Shown here piece by piece: positions 48,411 through 60,647 of a DNA stretch of 64,000 nt. The position numbers and the translations under genes are program-made. Under the pieces are notes generated by a model that worked only from the letters and a program-made list of their open reading frames with translations, searched no databases and was not told where the DNA came from. The DNA is taken from NCBI GenBank assembly GCA_051942245.1, contig JAVECL010000042.1, positions 1-64,000 of the forward strand. Direction: 5' to 3'. Origin of the DNA: Trypethelium eluteriae. Its lineage: Eukaryota. Position 1 is the stretch's first letter. Each line of letters opens with the position of its first letter.

Positions 48411-49973
48411 CTTGTTCTGCGTAAAAGGCTTTCTCAAGAAAGTAGAGTAGTGAAGGTCGATTTTCGAAAGCTTCGAAAGATACGAAAAGCAAGACAGAGC
48501 ACTGAGAGCCGGGGAATAGAAGAGGATCTGGAGATAACAAACAAATGAAAGAAGGCCAACCGTACTTTCCTGTCGGGGGGACGAGGAATATCTTCCCAGG
48601 TTTATAGTCCCAAGCCTTGGGAGGAGCTTTCCAACTAACTCGGCCGCGATTGTCCCACGATTAGGCCATCCTTGGCAATCCTGGCCTGATTGCAAGCCCT
48701 ACGGCTGGCAAAACGGTTTATCTTTGCGCCATGGCGGGATCCTTAATGTGGCAATTGAGGCGTAGAAATACAGTAAGTAGACACCCAGTAGTACTACAGT
48801 CAGGTAGCTTCCCCGCAAACCCGGTCATGTACGACATGGTGGGGTAGAGTAGTCCACGTTCCCGCGTGTTCATCTGCCCATCCACGGCATCTCACTAACG
48901 TAGGCGAGGGCCACCGTTCTGGGCTTGCATCACATTATAGTGAGGCACCAATAGCTCGCGCACTGTAGGAAGATTGGCTCGAAGCGTCCAAAGTCGGGAA
49001 TGCGAGCATTTCACAAGACGGATTTGAAGAGATGATTGGAGAAAGCAATGGGATTTGATACCCGGATGGATCTGCCCCATGGTTGACTCTCGGACTACTC
49101 ACTTTAGTTCTTTTTGCAGATACCATGGCTAAGCGCAAGTATCTTCATCCACACGGAATGGCCCGTCCAACCGGATGCTTGCCAATAATTGAAGGCTTTT
49201 GGAAAGGTAGCCACTCGCGACTCGGCTCGGGATCTGAATTGCCTACTCTAATCCCGGTCGATTCGAGCACGCGGCAACCAGATCCTGCCTCGAGCTCATG
49301 CTTGTCGTCTCGCCTCCTTCGAAGAAAGTATATTGCAGGCTAAGCACCTTTCGGAGGGTAGGCAGCAAGTATCAGAGAAAGGTTCAACGAAGGGGGAGAG
49401 ACGCCTTTCTGAGAGAGGATCATTTAGGCAAGAGTGGAGAAAAAGAATGTGAACGGAGGATGATTGGTGGGACAAGCAGCACTCACGAGGTCGCCACACC
49501 GGAGTTTAGTACTCCCACGACAACCCACGACTACGACCTACGGGAAGTTTCAGGTCCACCCGAGAGGATAGGCATCACGAAACGAGAGCCAGATTCCAGA
49601 AGATCGATCTGCTGGATTGTACATGGTACTGAGTACTTGAATGATGATTCTCAGGGCAGCAGTCGCTATCTCTCACTCTCACCCTCTCTTCGGACTAATC
49701 GCTGGACGGTAATGATCGGTCCATCCTTAGAGCCCCGTAGAGCAACGGGATCGATGATGCATGTCGCATCCATGACGTGAGTCGTGAAAAATTTCCCATC
49801 TTAACTTTAGATCATACAAATTTGCCCCTCCCCCGCCATGCGCACAACGTTGCTGCAAGGATTGAATATCAATTTGCTTTACTACTTCTCCCAATTCTTG
49901 CATCGTCTCTCGATTTTGTGTTACAATCCTTCAGAATCTCCGCATTCTTGTCGATCACATCACTTAAGCCATC

Positions 49974-51246
49974 ATGCCTTATCCAGAGACTGCCGAAGGA
50001 TTCTTGATCCATGACCAGAAGAATTGGACTGACTTCAAAAAGGGAGAGGTAACGACGACGGTCTCTTTAACTGCGTAACGTAAATGCTTATTATCCACTT
50101 AGTTCAAACTTAAACCTTTCGAAGACCGCGACATTGATGTTGCCATCGACGCTTGCGGCGTGTAAGTTTGCCAATAAACGTTCAACGCTACATGCAACAC
50201 CTATCTGACTATCACCCTTCCACGCAGCTGCGGTTCCGATGTCCACACCATCAACGGCGGTTGGGGAGACGCACCCATGCCCATCTGCGTCGGCCACGAA
50301 GTCATCGGCAAAGCCATCAAGGTTGGCAAGGATGTCAAGACGGTCAAAGTCGGGGACCGCGTGGGGGTGGGTGCACAAATCGGAGCCGACCTGACCTGTA
50401 AGAATTGCAAAGCCGATCAGGAGAATTACTGCCCGAACGCCATCGACACGTACGGTGCACCGTATCCGGATGGCACAATCTCGATGGGAGGTTATTCCAG
50501 CCATATCCGCGCGCATGAGTACTTCACCTTCAAAATCCCGGACAATATCCCTACCGATTTGGCGGCGCCGATGCTGTGTGCGGGATTGACGACGTACAGC
50601 CCGCTAGTGAGGTTAGGCGCTGGGCCTGGGAAGAAGGTTGGCGTCGTCGGACTGTAAATTCCCGCTCTCTTTCCGTCAGAAACTGTTAAACCGGGATACT
50701 AACATTCAGCTCTTCTTCAGAGGCGGTCTCGGCCACTTCGGCATTCTCTGGGCTGCCGCACTCGGCGCTGAAGTCTACGCCATCTCACACTCGCCCCACA
50801 AAAAGGACGATGCGCTGAAGTTGGGCGCTAAACACTTCATCTCGACTGCATCGGCAGACTGGGCCAAGGAGATCCCTTTCACTCTTGACTTCATCCTGAA
50901 CTGCGCCGACGCGACTCATAAGTTCAAGCTCAGCGATTACTTCTCCACCCTCAAGGTCAACGGTACCTTCCACAACGTTGGCTTCCCGGATGAGCCGTTA
51001 CCGACGATCAACGCGCAGGACTTTGCGCCCAACGGCTGCTACATCGGGGCAAGCCACATTGGAAATCGACCGGAGATGATAGCCATGTTTGAACTGGCGA
51101 GCAAGCAGAACGTGAAGAGTTGGGTGGAGACGATCGATATCAGCGAGGCGGGCTGCAAGGAGGCGGTCGAGCGGGTCTACAAGAATGACGTGAAGTTCCG
51201 GTTCACGCTGGTGAACTACGACAAGGTGTTTGGCAAGCGCTCGTAG
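49974..51246 (+). CDS. NADP-dependent zinc alcohol dehydrogenase (ADH6/cinnamyl-ADH family), 4 exons
   Basis: GHEVIG, GDRVGVG, APMLCAGLTTYSPL, GLGGLGH across an intron, FRFTL. Confidence 0.9.
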
Positions 51247-52436
51247 GTTCAAGAGGCAGCCGGGGAGAACTGAAGCGCTGCGCGAGTATCCGTGAGGAGA
51301 GAAGGTAGCTGACGCTCTGGTTCCACGGCGGACGCTATATTCCCAGCCATCTTCTTCGCATATTTTTCGGCAACAGGTGAGTCGATATAGAGGTGGAACG
51401 ATCTTATTTCTGGTTCAAAGGATTGGAAACTCTGCACTAAGCGGGATCGGTCAATCAAAGCAAGCACCCACGAGAAATCTTTTGATGAACTTTGGGTAGT
51501 GGTCCTCTTGTACATAGTCCAGTATGTAAGGCTTCACTATCTTTCAATAGCGATGGCAATTATGTTGAGGAGGCTCATCGTTGCTTCTCCATCAACGTGT
51601 TCACAAATGACTCTTCGTCCAGTTTGCGATTTCGGTTGCTGGGTATAACGAGTACTTTGCACATGCAATGCACGAGTCTCACACATGTTGCGATCCGGGT
51701 CGTGTGTACGCTACTCATGCAGCGTGATGCAGGCCGAGCTTGAAAAAAGTCTAAAGGGGATATTTCGGAGATGAAAGAGGAAAAGATGATAGATCGGCGC
51801 GCTGGCTTCTTGGGTGGCTTACCCCGGAACGCGTGCGCCACAAGGACACCCGAATCGAAGATTGCGATGATCGCTCCTCCGGCCCTACCGAAATTGTTGT
51901 ACGCCAACAGGACACAACTCACCTAATTAGTAGGATTCCTTGCTTCCTGTTGAATTCTAGAATGAAGGAACAACAAGCGTAGCAAAGGGTCTCGTTGTCG
52001 CTTTCGTCGTCCCATGATGGGTTTGCAATCCATCTCCGAGTCTTAGACAAGTTTAACTTCAGCGGATATGTGCTCCGGATAAAATGTCCGTAGTCGAACG
52101 ATTAGCTCTATTAAATCGTGGCGCGTATGATTCGATGATGGCGGTGCGATGACGAAAAGAAGGCCAAGAAGGCAGCGTAAGGCTTGGAAGCCGTGGCTCG
52201 CAGCGCAAATGACCTGAGGAAACTTGGCACGGGCCTGTCGAGCCACGACGTCACCTTCCCGCATCTTTAATTCTTGCTTGCCCCTACCCTTGCTGGCCAT
52301 GATATAATCTTCGGGGGAGCCGCAACTGCCAACTGGTCCAGCGCTCAGATCTCTTAATCCCCAACTTTTGGCCCTCACATTTGTCATATCTTCTGTTCGA
52401 GTTTAATCCACTAATTCTCCCGAGGAGTGTGACATT

Positions 52437-53465
52437 ATGCCTTCGGTAGCAGGTGGTGCTCTGCGTAAGTTCTTCAATCCAACTGTATAGATCAAATTCC
52501 AATGCTCATTCTGATTCAGGCCTGTTCCAAACATTCCTCTATGTACGGCTTCAAAAAATCAAAGTAGTTATCAAGATGCATGCTAATCGTCTCAGGCCAT
52601 CATCTTTTGCTGTTCGGCAATCATCCTTGGCGTCTACTCGTACTTCCTTTCTGTCCTTTCTGACCGAAATCTTCCAATCGCAACATGGAAGAAGGCGGTT
52701 GAGGGTCTTTCCGGCGCAGCAACGCTCTACATGATCTTCGCTGTCTTGCTGACATGCTTCCTTGGTGGAGTGTCGTTCTTTGCCTTCCTGGCTGTCGTTC
52801 TGGACGTCCTCTTCATTGCTGCTATGGTTGCTATTGCGGTCATGACTCGTGATGGTGCCCATTCTTGCACTGGTGTCGTCAATACACCCCTTGGTAACGG
52901 CCCAAGTAATAGTAAGGACCCTGGCTATGGACAAGGAGGCTTTGGCTTTGGTAAAGGTCAAAACTTGACATACGCCCCAAATCTTCATTTGGCATGTCGA
53001 TTGAACACTGTTTCCTTCGCTGTTTCCATCATTGCCGCGTAAGTCGACACATTCATCCCATTTCAAGTTGGGTCTGACGAGATGTTCAGTTTCCTCTTTG
53101 TCGTCACGGCTCTAATGCAAGTTGCTCTCGTCCGTCATCACAGGCGAGAGAAGCGCTATGGCCCATCACCAGCCAATAACTACACTTCCGGCAGTGGCCG
53201 AAGACGGTTTTGGCGACGGAAACCAAAGAGCGATCCTAAAGACTCCGAGCTTGGCACTACCGGAGCGGGCGTGCCTCCTACGGATATACGTCCATCTCAT
53301 GATACTGCCTATACTGGCTCAACTATGGCTGCTCCGGGAGCAATAACCACTTCCAGTCCCTACAAACCTGAGGTGGCGCACCACGGCTACCATACTCAGC
53401 CTACGGGCACTGCTGTCAACCCATATGGGTATGACAACACGAGAACGACCGGTACCAATTTCTAA
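52437..53465 (+). CDS. MARVEL-like four-TM membrane protein, 4 exons
   Basis: IILGVYSYFL, WKKAVEGLSG, VLDVLFIAAM, ACRL, YGPSPANNYTSG; GT-AG introns in frame. Confidence 0.75.
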
Positions 53466-54732
53466 GCATGCGCTCCGTTTGAGCCGTCCTTAAAACGTCC
53501 CCTCTGTTGCCTATCTTTGCTCATGATCGTCGATTTCATTGTCTTGACTTATCCTATGATTCCCCTTGATGTACGTCTTAGTGCAAAAGAATGTTTTAGG
53601 AGAGGAAAGTGAGCGCGGAGTTTTGCATTCTTAGGGAAACACAGCATACAGAATGCTTGGAGTTGTACTAGTATGATCGGCATGATGGCCGCCTCTCCAT
53701 ACCTAATGTAATTAACGAGACAAATCAAATGAAAACAAATCATACAACTAGAATGAACAGTCAAAGTGTTAAATGATCCGAGAGCTTAGAATTTTGACGA
53801 TGGTGGTTGTAGCGTTGCCACGTACAATCCACCTTAATGGTACACGAACCAGTAGACAACAATAATAGCCCTCTATATTCGCTCAGCCTTATCGCAGATG
53901 CGAATCCTCACCACCACCTTTTTTCGGCCTGAGTCAGCGAAGGATGATTCTCCTTTCCCTTGCGATTCTTCCCCTGCTAATTTTTTTCGGAAATTCCGAT
54001 GTTTGTTTTTGGTGTAAAATCGCCCTTGCCCATACAAATTTCCCCCCTATCTACCTCCCCCCTTCCAACACCATCCAATACTACTTTCCAGATGCTGAGA
54101 CTACGAAGGAAGATTGGAGTTTCTATTCGCTTTCGAACGGTATCATCAATTTTCCAAATTTCCAAAATTTATTTTTTTTGGTGCAAAATCATCCCTTGGA
54201 TCTCTTCCCCATACAAATCTACCCCTTATCCAACTTCGAACACGTTTCACTCGTTCCCCATAAGTGCATATGTGCTGAAACTGCGAAGGTGAACTCACTG
54301 AAGCGAGTACCTTCTTAGGAAGTCAAAATTATTCCAAAATTCGAAAATTTTTGTATCCCGAAATTTCGGAAACTCGAAAGTTCTTTTTTGGTTCTGTTTT
54401 GACTCCGAAAACCGGAGTTTTGTGTGGAGACCGCGGCTGTGAGGCAGTTTTCTCTGCGAACGCAAGATCTTTTGGGATGATTTTGATAGCGCGAGAATCC
54501 AATAGTACGGTGCTATCGAATGCGATATCGAGCGCCAAATTATCGTCTCTCAGCGTTGAGTTATTGACGATTGAGAATGAATTTGGATGATCTAGGCTGC
54601 GAGGCGACCTTGAGGCTGTTTGAGTTCATCACGTGACTCTGCCTCACGCCGGCCATCCCGCCCCGCTCATTACAATCCCCGTCGTGCCCCGCCGTGCCCG
54701 CTCACGAAAGCACAGGCCACTCATTGAGTGAG

Positions 54733-54747
54733 ACGCGCTGAACGCGT
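54733..54747 (+). promoter_or_regulatory. MCB-like cell-cycle boxes upstream of RFC5
   Basis: ACGCG at 54733 and ACGCGT at 54742, about 65-80 bp before the ATG of a DNA replication gene. Confidence 0.6.
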
Positions 54748-54811
54748 CTTCCGCGGTCCGTTGATAACTTGAACGACCCAATTTCACAAATTGTTGAGCA
54801 AAATTGACACA

Positions 54812-56179
54812 ATGGCATTACTGGTTGATAAGCATCGTCCACGCTCCCTCGAAGCTCTCAGCTACCATCATGATCTCTCTGAGCGCCTCAAAGCCCTCGT
54901 AAGTCTCCTAACAGAACGCATGCTATGACGCTTTTTAACCTTGCAATTGAGAGAAATGACCTTTAATATTGATGTATCCTTTACTATAGGCGGAAAGCGG
55001 CGACTTCCCACACCTCCTCCTCTATGGCCCCTCTGGCGCTGGCAAGAAGACGCGCATCCTTTGCCTGCTAAAAGCGCTCTTCGGCCCTGGCGCGGAGAAG
55101 ATCAAGATCGATTCGCGCGTCTTCCAGACAACTTCGAACCGCAAGCTTGAGTTCAATATCGTATCGTCTGTCTATCATCTCGAGATCACACCGTCGGACG
55201 TCGGCAATTATGATCGCGTTGTGGTGCAGGAGCTGCTGAAGGAGGTGGCGCAAACGCAGCAGGTCGATCTGAGTGCCAAGCAGCGATTTAAGGTTGTTGT
55301 AGTGAACGAGGCGGATGGGCTGACAAGAGACGCGCAGAGTGCGTTGAGGAGGACGATGGAGAAGTATAGTCCTAATTTGAGGTTGATACTGGTGGCAAAC
55401 AGTACCGGGGGAATTATTGCCCCGATAAGGAGTCGAACGCTGTTGGTGAGGGTGGCAGCGCCGACGGAAGAGGAGATCGAGGGCGTGTTAACAAAAGTGG
55501 GCCAGAAGGAGAGATGGAGGGTTGTTGAAGGGTTGAATAAGAGGATTGCTAGGGAGAGTGGGAGGAATTTGAGGAGGGCATTGTTGATGTTCGAGGCGGT
55601 TTACGCGCAGAAGTACGATCTCATCTACGAGCGTCAGGGGGGAGAGTGACCCAGCTGACAAGAGCCATAGCGAGAGCGACAAAATCTCCGAAAAAACGCT
55701 CATACCGCCGCCGGACTGGGAAGCACTAATTGAGCAGATTGCAAAAGAGATTGTCGAAGAGCATACACCGGCGAGAATCTTACAAGTCAGGGCGAAGCTC
55801 TATGATCTACTGACGCATTGCATACCACCCACTACCATTATCAGGGTACGTCGTGTAGGTGGATAAGTAGAGGGCGCTGGCTAATCGATACAGACCTTGG
55901 CTTTTAAGCTCATACCTAAAATAGATGACCCCTTAAAACCAGAGGTCGTGAAATGGGGAGCGTTCTACGAGCACAGAATCAAGATGGGAAGTGTGAGTGG
56001 AGATGAATATACACCAACCCGACTAGACTGATAAGGCTTCGACAGAAACACATCTTCCATCTTGAAGCATTCGTCGCGAAGTTTATGCGAATATCCGAAA
56101 GGTGGGTTATCCTTCCGAACTGATCATGGACCGAAAGCTAAACATTCATAGCTTCGCAATGGGCATGGACTTTGACTGA
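54812..56179 (+). CDS. RFC5: Replication factor C subunit 5, multi-exon
   Basis: MALLVDKHRP, GDFPHLLLYGPSGAGKKTRI, LEITPSDVG, EADGLTRDAQ, PIRSR, FYEHR, IFHLEAF. Confidence 0.93.
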
Positions 56180-56482
56180 CATTCTCCCCCTTTTTTTCTT
56201 TTTGATATCTGTCAGCATAGCGAGGCGCTGGGTATTTTTGCTATCTGATATTTGTACTATCAGATGGTGGAATCAGAAATTTCAAACTGTTGAGCGACGT
56301 CATCGCGGCTTGAACGCGACTGCATTTTACCCCACGATGCCCCTCCGTGTTGAAGAGTATCTAAATCCATATACAAAAATTCCGGTACCCTTTAGCTTTT
56401 CAAACTTCCACAAATCCAATCGCGTTGCTTCAATACTTATACTCAAATTTGACATCCCAAACGCGCCAATTGACATTTAAAG

Positions 56483-57060
56483 ATGTCGGACAAACTCATG
56501 GACATCGAACCTGGTGGAGAATCTACTCAGTACGTTTCAATATCTTCTAATGAAAGAATGGCCTCTTATCTTGAGAGCTCACCGCATTCTCAATCAAAAT
56601 GCCTTCTCATGAATCAAAACTAAGACCGCTAAACGTAGATACGAATCTATCCATACTGTCACCAAACCTCATTCCAAATCCGGTGGCCAACTTGGTGGTA
56701 TCACTCCCCTTCACCAAGCCGTCACTCTCCAATCTAGCGCATATCCACCTCTAATCTTACGCTTTCATATTCACAGATGCTTCTACAGAAGTCGACACCA
56801 CTACGGCTGCACAAGAAGAAGCTAAAGCTGCTCGTGGCGAACGCACAGCAGAGAACATCCGATATGGACAAGGAATCTCGGAGCATGGAATGGGTGGGCA
56901 AACTACAACAAGTGGAGGTGTGGCGAATACGGACGGCGGCTATGGAGGGGTGCGAGAGCAGGTTGGAAAGACAGCAGGAAGCGAAGGATCAGATGGAGCA
57001 GGGAGAACCGAGCAGGGCTACGGCGGGGAGAGGGACATGGGAAGGGACGTTGGGGCCTAA
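56483..57060 (+). CDS. Small Gly-rich hydrophilic protein, 3 exons
   Basis: Last exon reads AARGERTAENIRYGQGISEHGMGGQTT...EQGYGGERDMGRDVGA* in a frame absent from the ORF track; plausible GT-AG introns upstream. Confidence 0.65.
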
Positions 57061-57263
57061 CGGAGCTTCATGAAATGGAACCTGGAAGTAGAGGCGATTC
57101 GAAGGGTGAGATGTAGGGTTGTAAAATTATTTTACTTTTGCTATGTTTACAGACGTAGATTCTTGGTGGGCGGGAATTGACCTCTGACTTTACCAGATTA
57201 GACTAAAAAAGAGTTAGCATTCAGGATTCACATCCGACAGTAATCCAAACCAAGAAACTAGCA

Positions 57264-59674
57264 TCACTTACATCTCAAGTCCCACCCAATCTGTGGCCCT
57301 AACTTGGGCAGCTCCTCCGCCACACTCTGCACATCCTTGTCTCCCCTTCCACTTAAGCAAATCACAATATTCTTATCCTTCCCCAGCGTCTTCGCCAACT
57401 CCACTGCACCCCACACCGCATGGCTCGTCTCCAGCGCCGGAATAATACCCTCAGTCTGGCACAAGATCCGGAATCCCTGCAGCGCCTGCGCATCCGTCGC
57501 AGCAATAAACTGCGCCCTCGCGCTGTCCTTCCAGCTACTCAGCTCCGGCCCCACACCCGGATAATCCAGCCCTGCAGAGACCGAATGCGTGTCACTGATC
57601 TGACCATGCCGGTCCTGCAGGATATACGTGCGAACACCATGGAGGACGCCCTTGGTGCCACCTGATAGCGTCGCCGAGTGCCGCGGCGTATCGAGACCCT
57701 CACCCCCCGCCTCGACACCCAGGAGCGCGACGCTCGGGTCCGTCGAGAAGGGGTGGAACATGCCCGCAGCATTGGACCCGCCGCCCACGCAGGCAACGAC
57801 CGCGTCCGGGAGACGACCCGTCAGGTCGCGCATCTGCTCCTTCGTCTCGTTGCCGATGACAGACTGGAAGGTGCGCACGATGGTCGGGAACGGGTGCGGC
57901 CCGATCGCGCTGCCGATGATGTAGTGCGTGGTGTCGAGGTGGACGACCCAGGCGCGCAGGGCCTCGTTGACGGCGTCCCGCAGGGTGCGCGAGCCTGCCT
58001 CGACGGCGACGACAGAGGCGCCGAGCATCTTGATGCGGAAGACGTTGAGGGCTTGGCGCCGGACGTCCTCGGCGCCCATGTAGATGGTGCATTTGAGGCC
58101 GAACTTGGCGCATACGGTTGCGGTCGCGACGCCGTGTTGGCCTGCGCCTGTTTCGGCGATGATTTCGGTCTTGCCGAGACGGCGGGCGAGGAGGATTTGG
58201 CCGAGGGCGTTGTTGATCTTGTGGGAGCCGGTGTGATTTAAGTCTTCGCGTTTGAGGTAGATCTTAGCACCGCCGGCATGTTCTGTGAGTCGATCGGCGA
58301 GGTGGAGGGAGGAAGGGCGGTTCATGTAGGGGTAATATGAGCGAAATTCGTCCCAGAACTTGGGATCGTTGAGAGCGGATTTGAAGCCCGCTTCGAGTTC
58401 GGACATGCAGTCCATGAGCGACTCGGGGATATATTGACCTCCGAATTCGCCAAAGCGTGATGGGGTTGCGGAAGGATCGCTGTCAGAGGTGTTTAAAGCT
58501 TCAATTTGATCGGCTAAACCAGGACCGTCTGGAGTCTCGGAATCCTTAAGCACTTTGTCTACATGCACTCCATTGGGTTCTTTGGCGTCGTCGGACACGG
58601 TATCCACCACTCCGTCTTTTGGAGTCAACCCTCCGTTGGTAGCTCTAGTACGGCCAGTGATCGAACTGCAATACTCCTCGACGGACTTTGCTTCTTGACC
58701 AGGCTCTGCATCGCTCATGACATTTATGATCTGGCTTCCGATGACAACACCTTCTGCTATTCGGCCTACACTTAAAAAATGTTCTCTTGTACTGACGCCA
58801 AATCCGACTGCTGCAGGAACATTGCCTGAAAATGTGTGGACCCGGTCGAGAAGATCAGGTAGAGCGGTATTTAGCTTGCCCGTCGCCCCTGTGACACCCA
58901 TCCGAGAGACGACATATATGAAGGAATCTGCAATTTTGCATAGGATTTTCATGCGTGATTCCGATGTCGCCGGTGCAATGAGTGGCACGTATGATAACCT
59001 GCGGTGGATCCAGAATCAGCCCAAGCCGAATTATCTCTTCCAGAGGCCAGATACCTACCCTGCCTTGTTGCAAAAATTCCTGAACCTAATTGCTTCCTCT
59101 GGTGGTAAATCAACCATAATGAAGCCACTTACTCCCGCCTCTCGCGCGTCTTTCAGCATTCGCTCCTCTCCGTAGCTTAATAAAGGATTGTAGTAACCCA
59201 TAAGGAGCACAGGAACTTTGAGACCTTTGTTTCTTGCTTCTTTCACCATCTGCAGACACATTTCCGTATTCACACCATTTTTGAGTGCTTGCTAAACCGA
59301 TCAGCCACTGGACGGTAATGATCTTCTGGCGACACATACAGTATTGGACTTTTGTATGGTAGGGCCATCCGCAATTGGGTCCGAGAAGGGCATACCGAGC
59401 TCGATAATGTCTAGGAGCTCATGGGTCAGCAAGTTTGTGGAGAGGCATTCAACTGATGGTTCACTTACCAGCTCCTCCATGCTGCATGCCCAGCATTACG
59501 TTTGGCGTAGCGTCCACAGTTGGGTATCCAGCGGTTACATATGTAACCAATGCAGACTAATTGAGCATACAAATCAGTGTCTCGTCCTCTGGCGGCTCGA
59601 ATGCTTCTATAAATTACCCTTTGCTCCTTCTTGCATGTGGCAAAAGTATCCTTAATTAATGCGACTCCCTCCAT
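57264..59674 (-). CDS. trpB: Tryptophan synthase, fused alpha/beta chains, multi-exon
   Basis: [59 protein letters not shown]. Confidence 0.96.
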
Positions 59675-59790
59675 AATGGGTAGTTCTTTTCAAAGAGTTC
59701 TCGGTTCGGGTATCTCAATTCTTAAAAAGACAATTGAAGAAAGAGAAGGTAACGTCCAGATATGCATCAGGATAAATATCAAATTCTAAC

Positions 59791-59797
59791 TGAGTCA
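59791..59797 (-). promoter_or_regulatory. Gcn4/CpcA-type element (TGACTCA) upstream of tryptophan synthase
   Basis: Perfect consensus about 117 bp before the ATG of an amino-acid biosynthesis gene. Confidence 0.7.
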
Positions 59798-60647
59798 CTC
59801 TTTCACGCTATCGATAGATGAAGTGCGGGTCTTTGATTTTGTACTGCCGCCGTTCACCGCCATGCAGCCCAGTCTCATCCCTGTCGGATCACGGAGTAAT
59901 CGTGGTCTGGATTGTGGAGTTGACGGGATGGAAACTGCGATCGGCATGTCTTGCAAGGCCCTTGATTAAGTCAATGGTCTTCTATGATGTCTGGACGAGG
60001 TGTTGAATTTTATGTGAAGTTCCCCGCAGCACCAGCCGCATGTTGTCCGGAATAGGGACAACGGAGTACTTCTTTTGGACAAGCATAAGCCGCAGAACTG
60101 CGTGGCTGTATTATTATGAGAAACGACGTTGAGCCCCAAAATTGATTTGATTGCATGATCTTGCATAATGGCTTTGTAGTGTCCCGATCATCAACTTCCC
60201 TTCAGCCAGCCAAAGCATCACCCACTCTCACTTGATTCGTGTTCTGTAAGCATGCGCATAACTTCCCCATCGGGCAAGGATCCGCCCTTGGCCTAATGCC
60301 TGAATTCCGGCTGTTGGCCATTTACGAGGCCAGCTTACAACAACAATTCTTTTCCAAGTGTATGCACTTCTGGAGTTACTTGTCCAGCCCTCGTTCATTT
60401 TGACAACTTCCTTTGGATCCGCAGCGCGAAGATTTTGTCCCGTTGCCACTGTCGCAGCTCTCCAACGAGCATTTCCGAGTAATGTTTCATCGAGCATAGA
60501 GGATTCTTCCGTCGTTCATTTTACTCCCCCGCTATCTACCAAGATTGGAGGCCCGCCTACAACTAGCTGGGAACCAGGTTAGGGAGTCGACTTTTCGACT
60601 TTCAACCGGGCAGCCTGTCATCCTGCAATTTCCTCCTCAATCTCAAC

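Noticed and set aside
48411..48695. N-terminal extension of the butanediol dehydrogenase-like ORF
   Set aside because: Non-ATG start; the family N-terminus begins at MKALRFHG (48410).
49083..50007. ORFs between the two dehydrogenases
   Set aside because: No motifs; consistent with a divergent promoter region.
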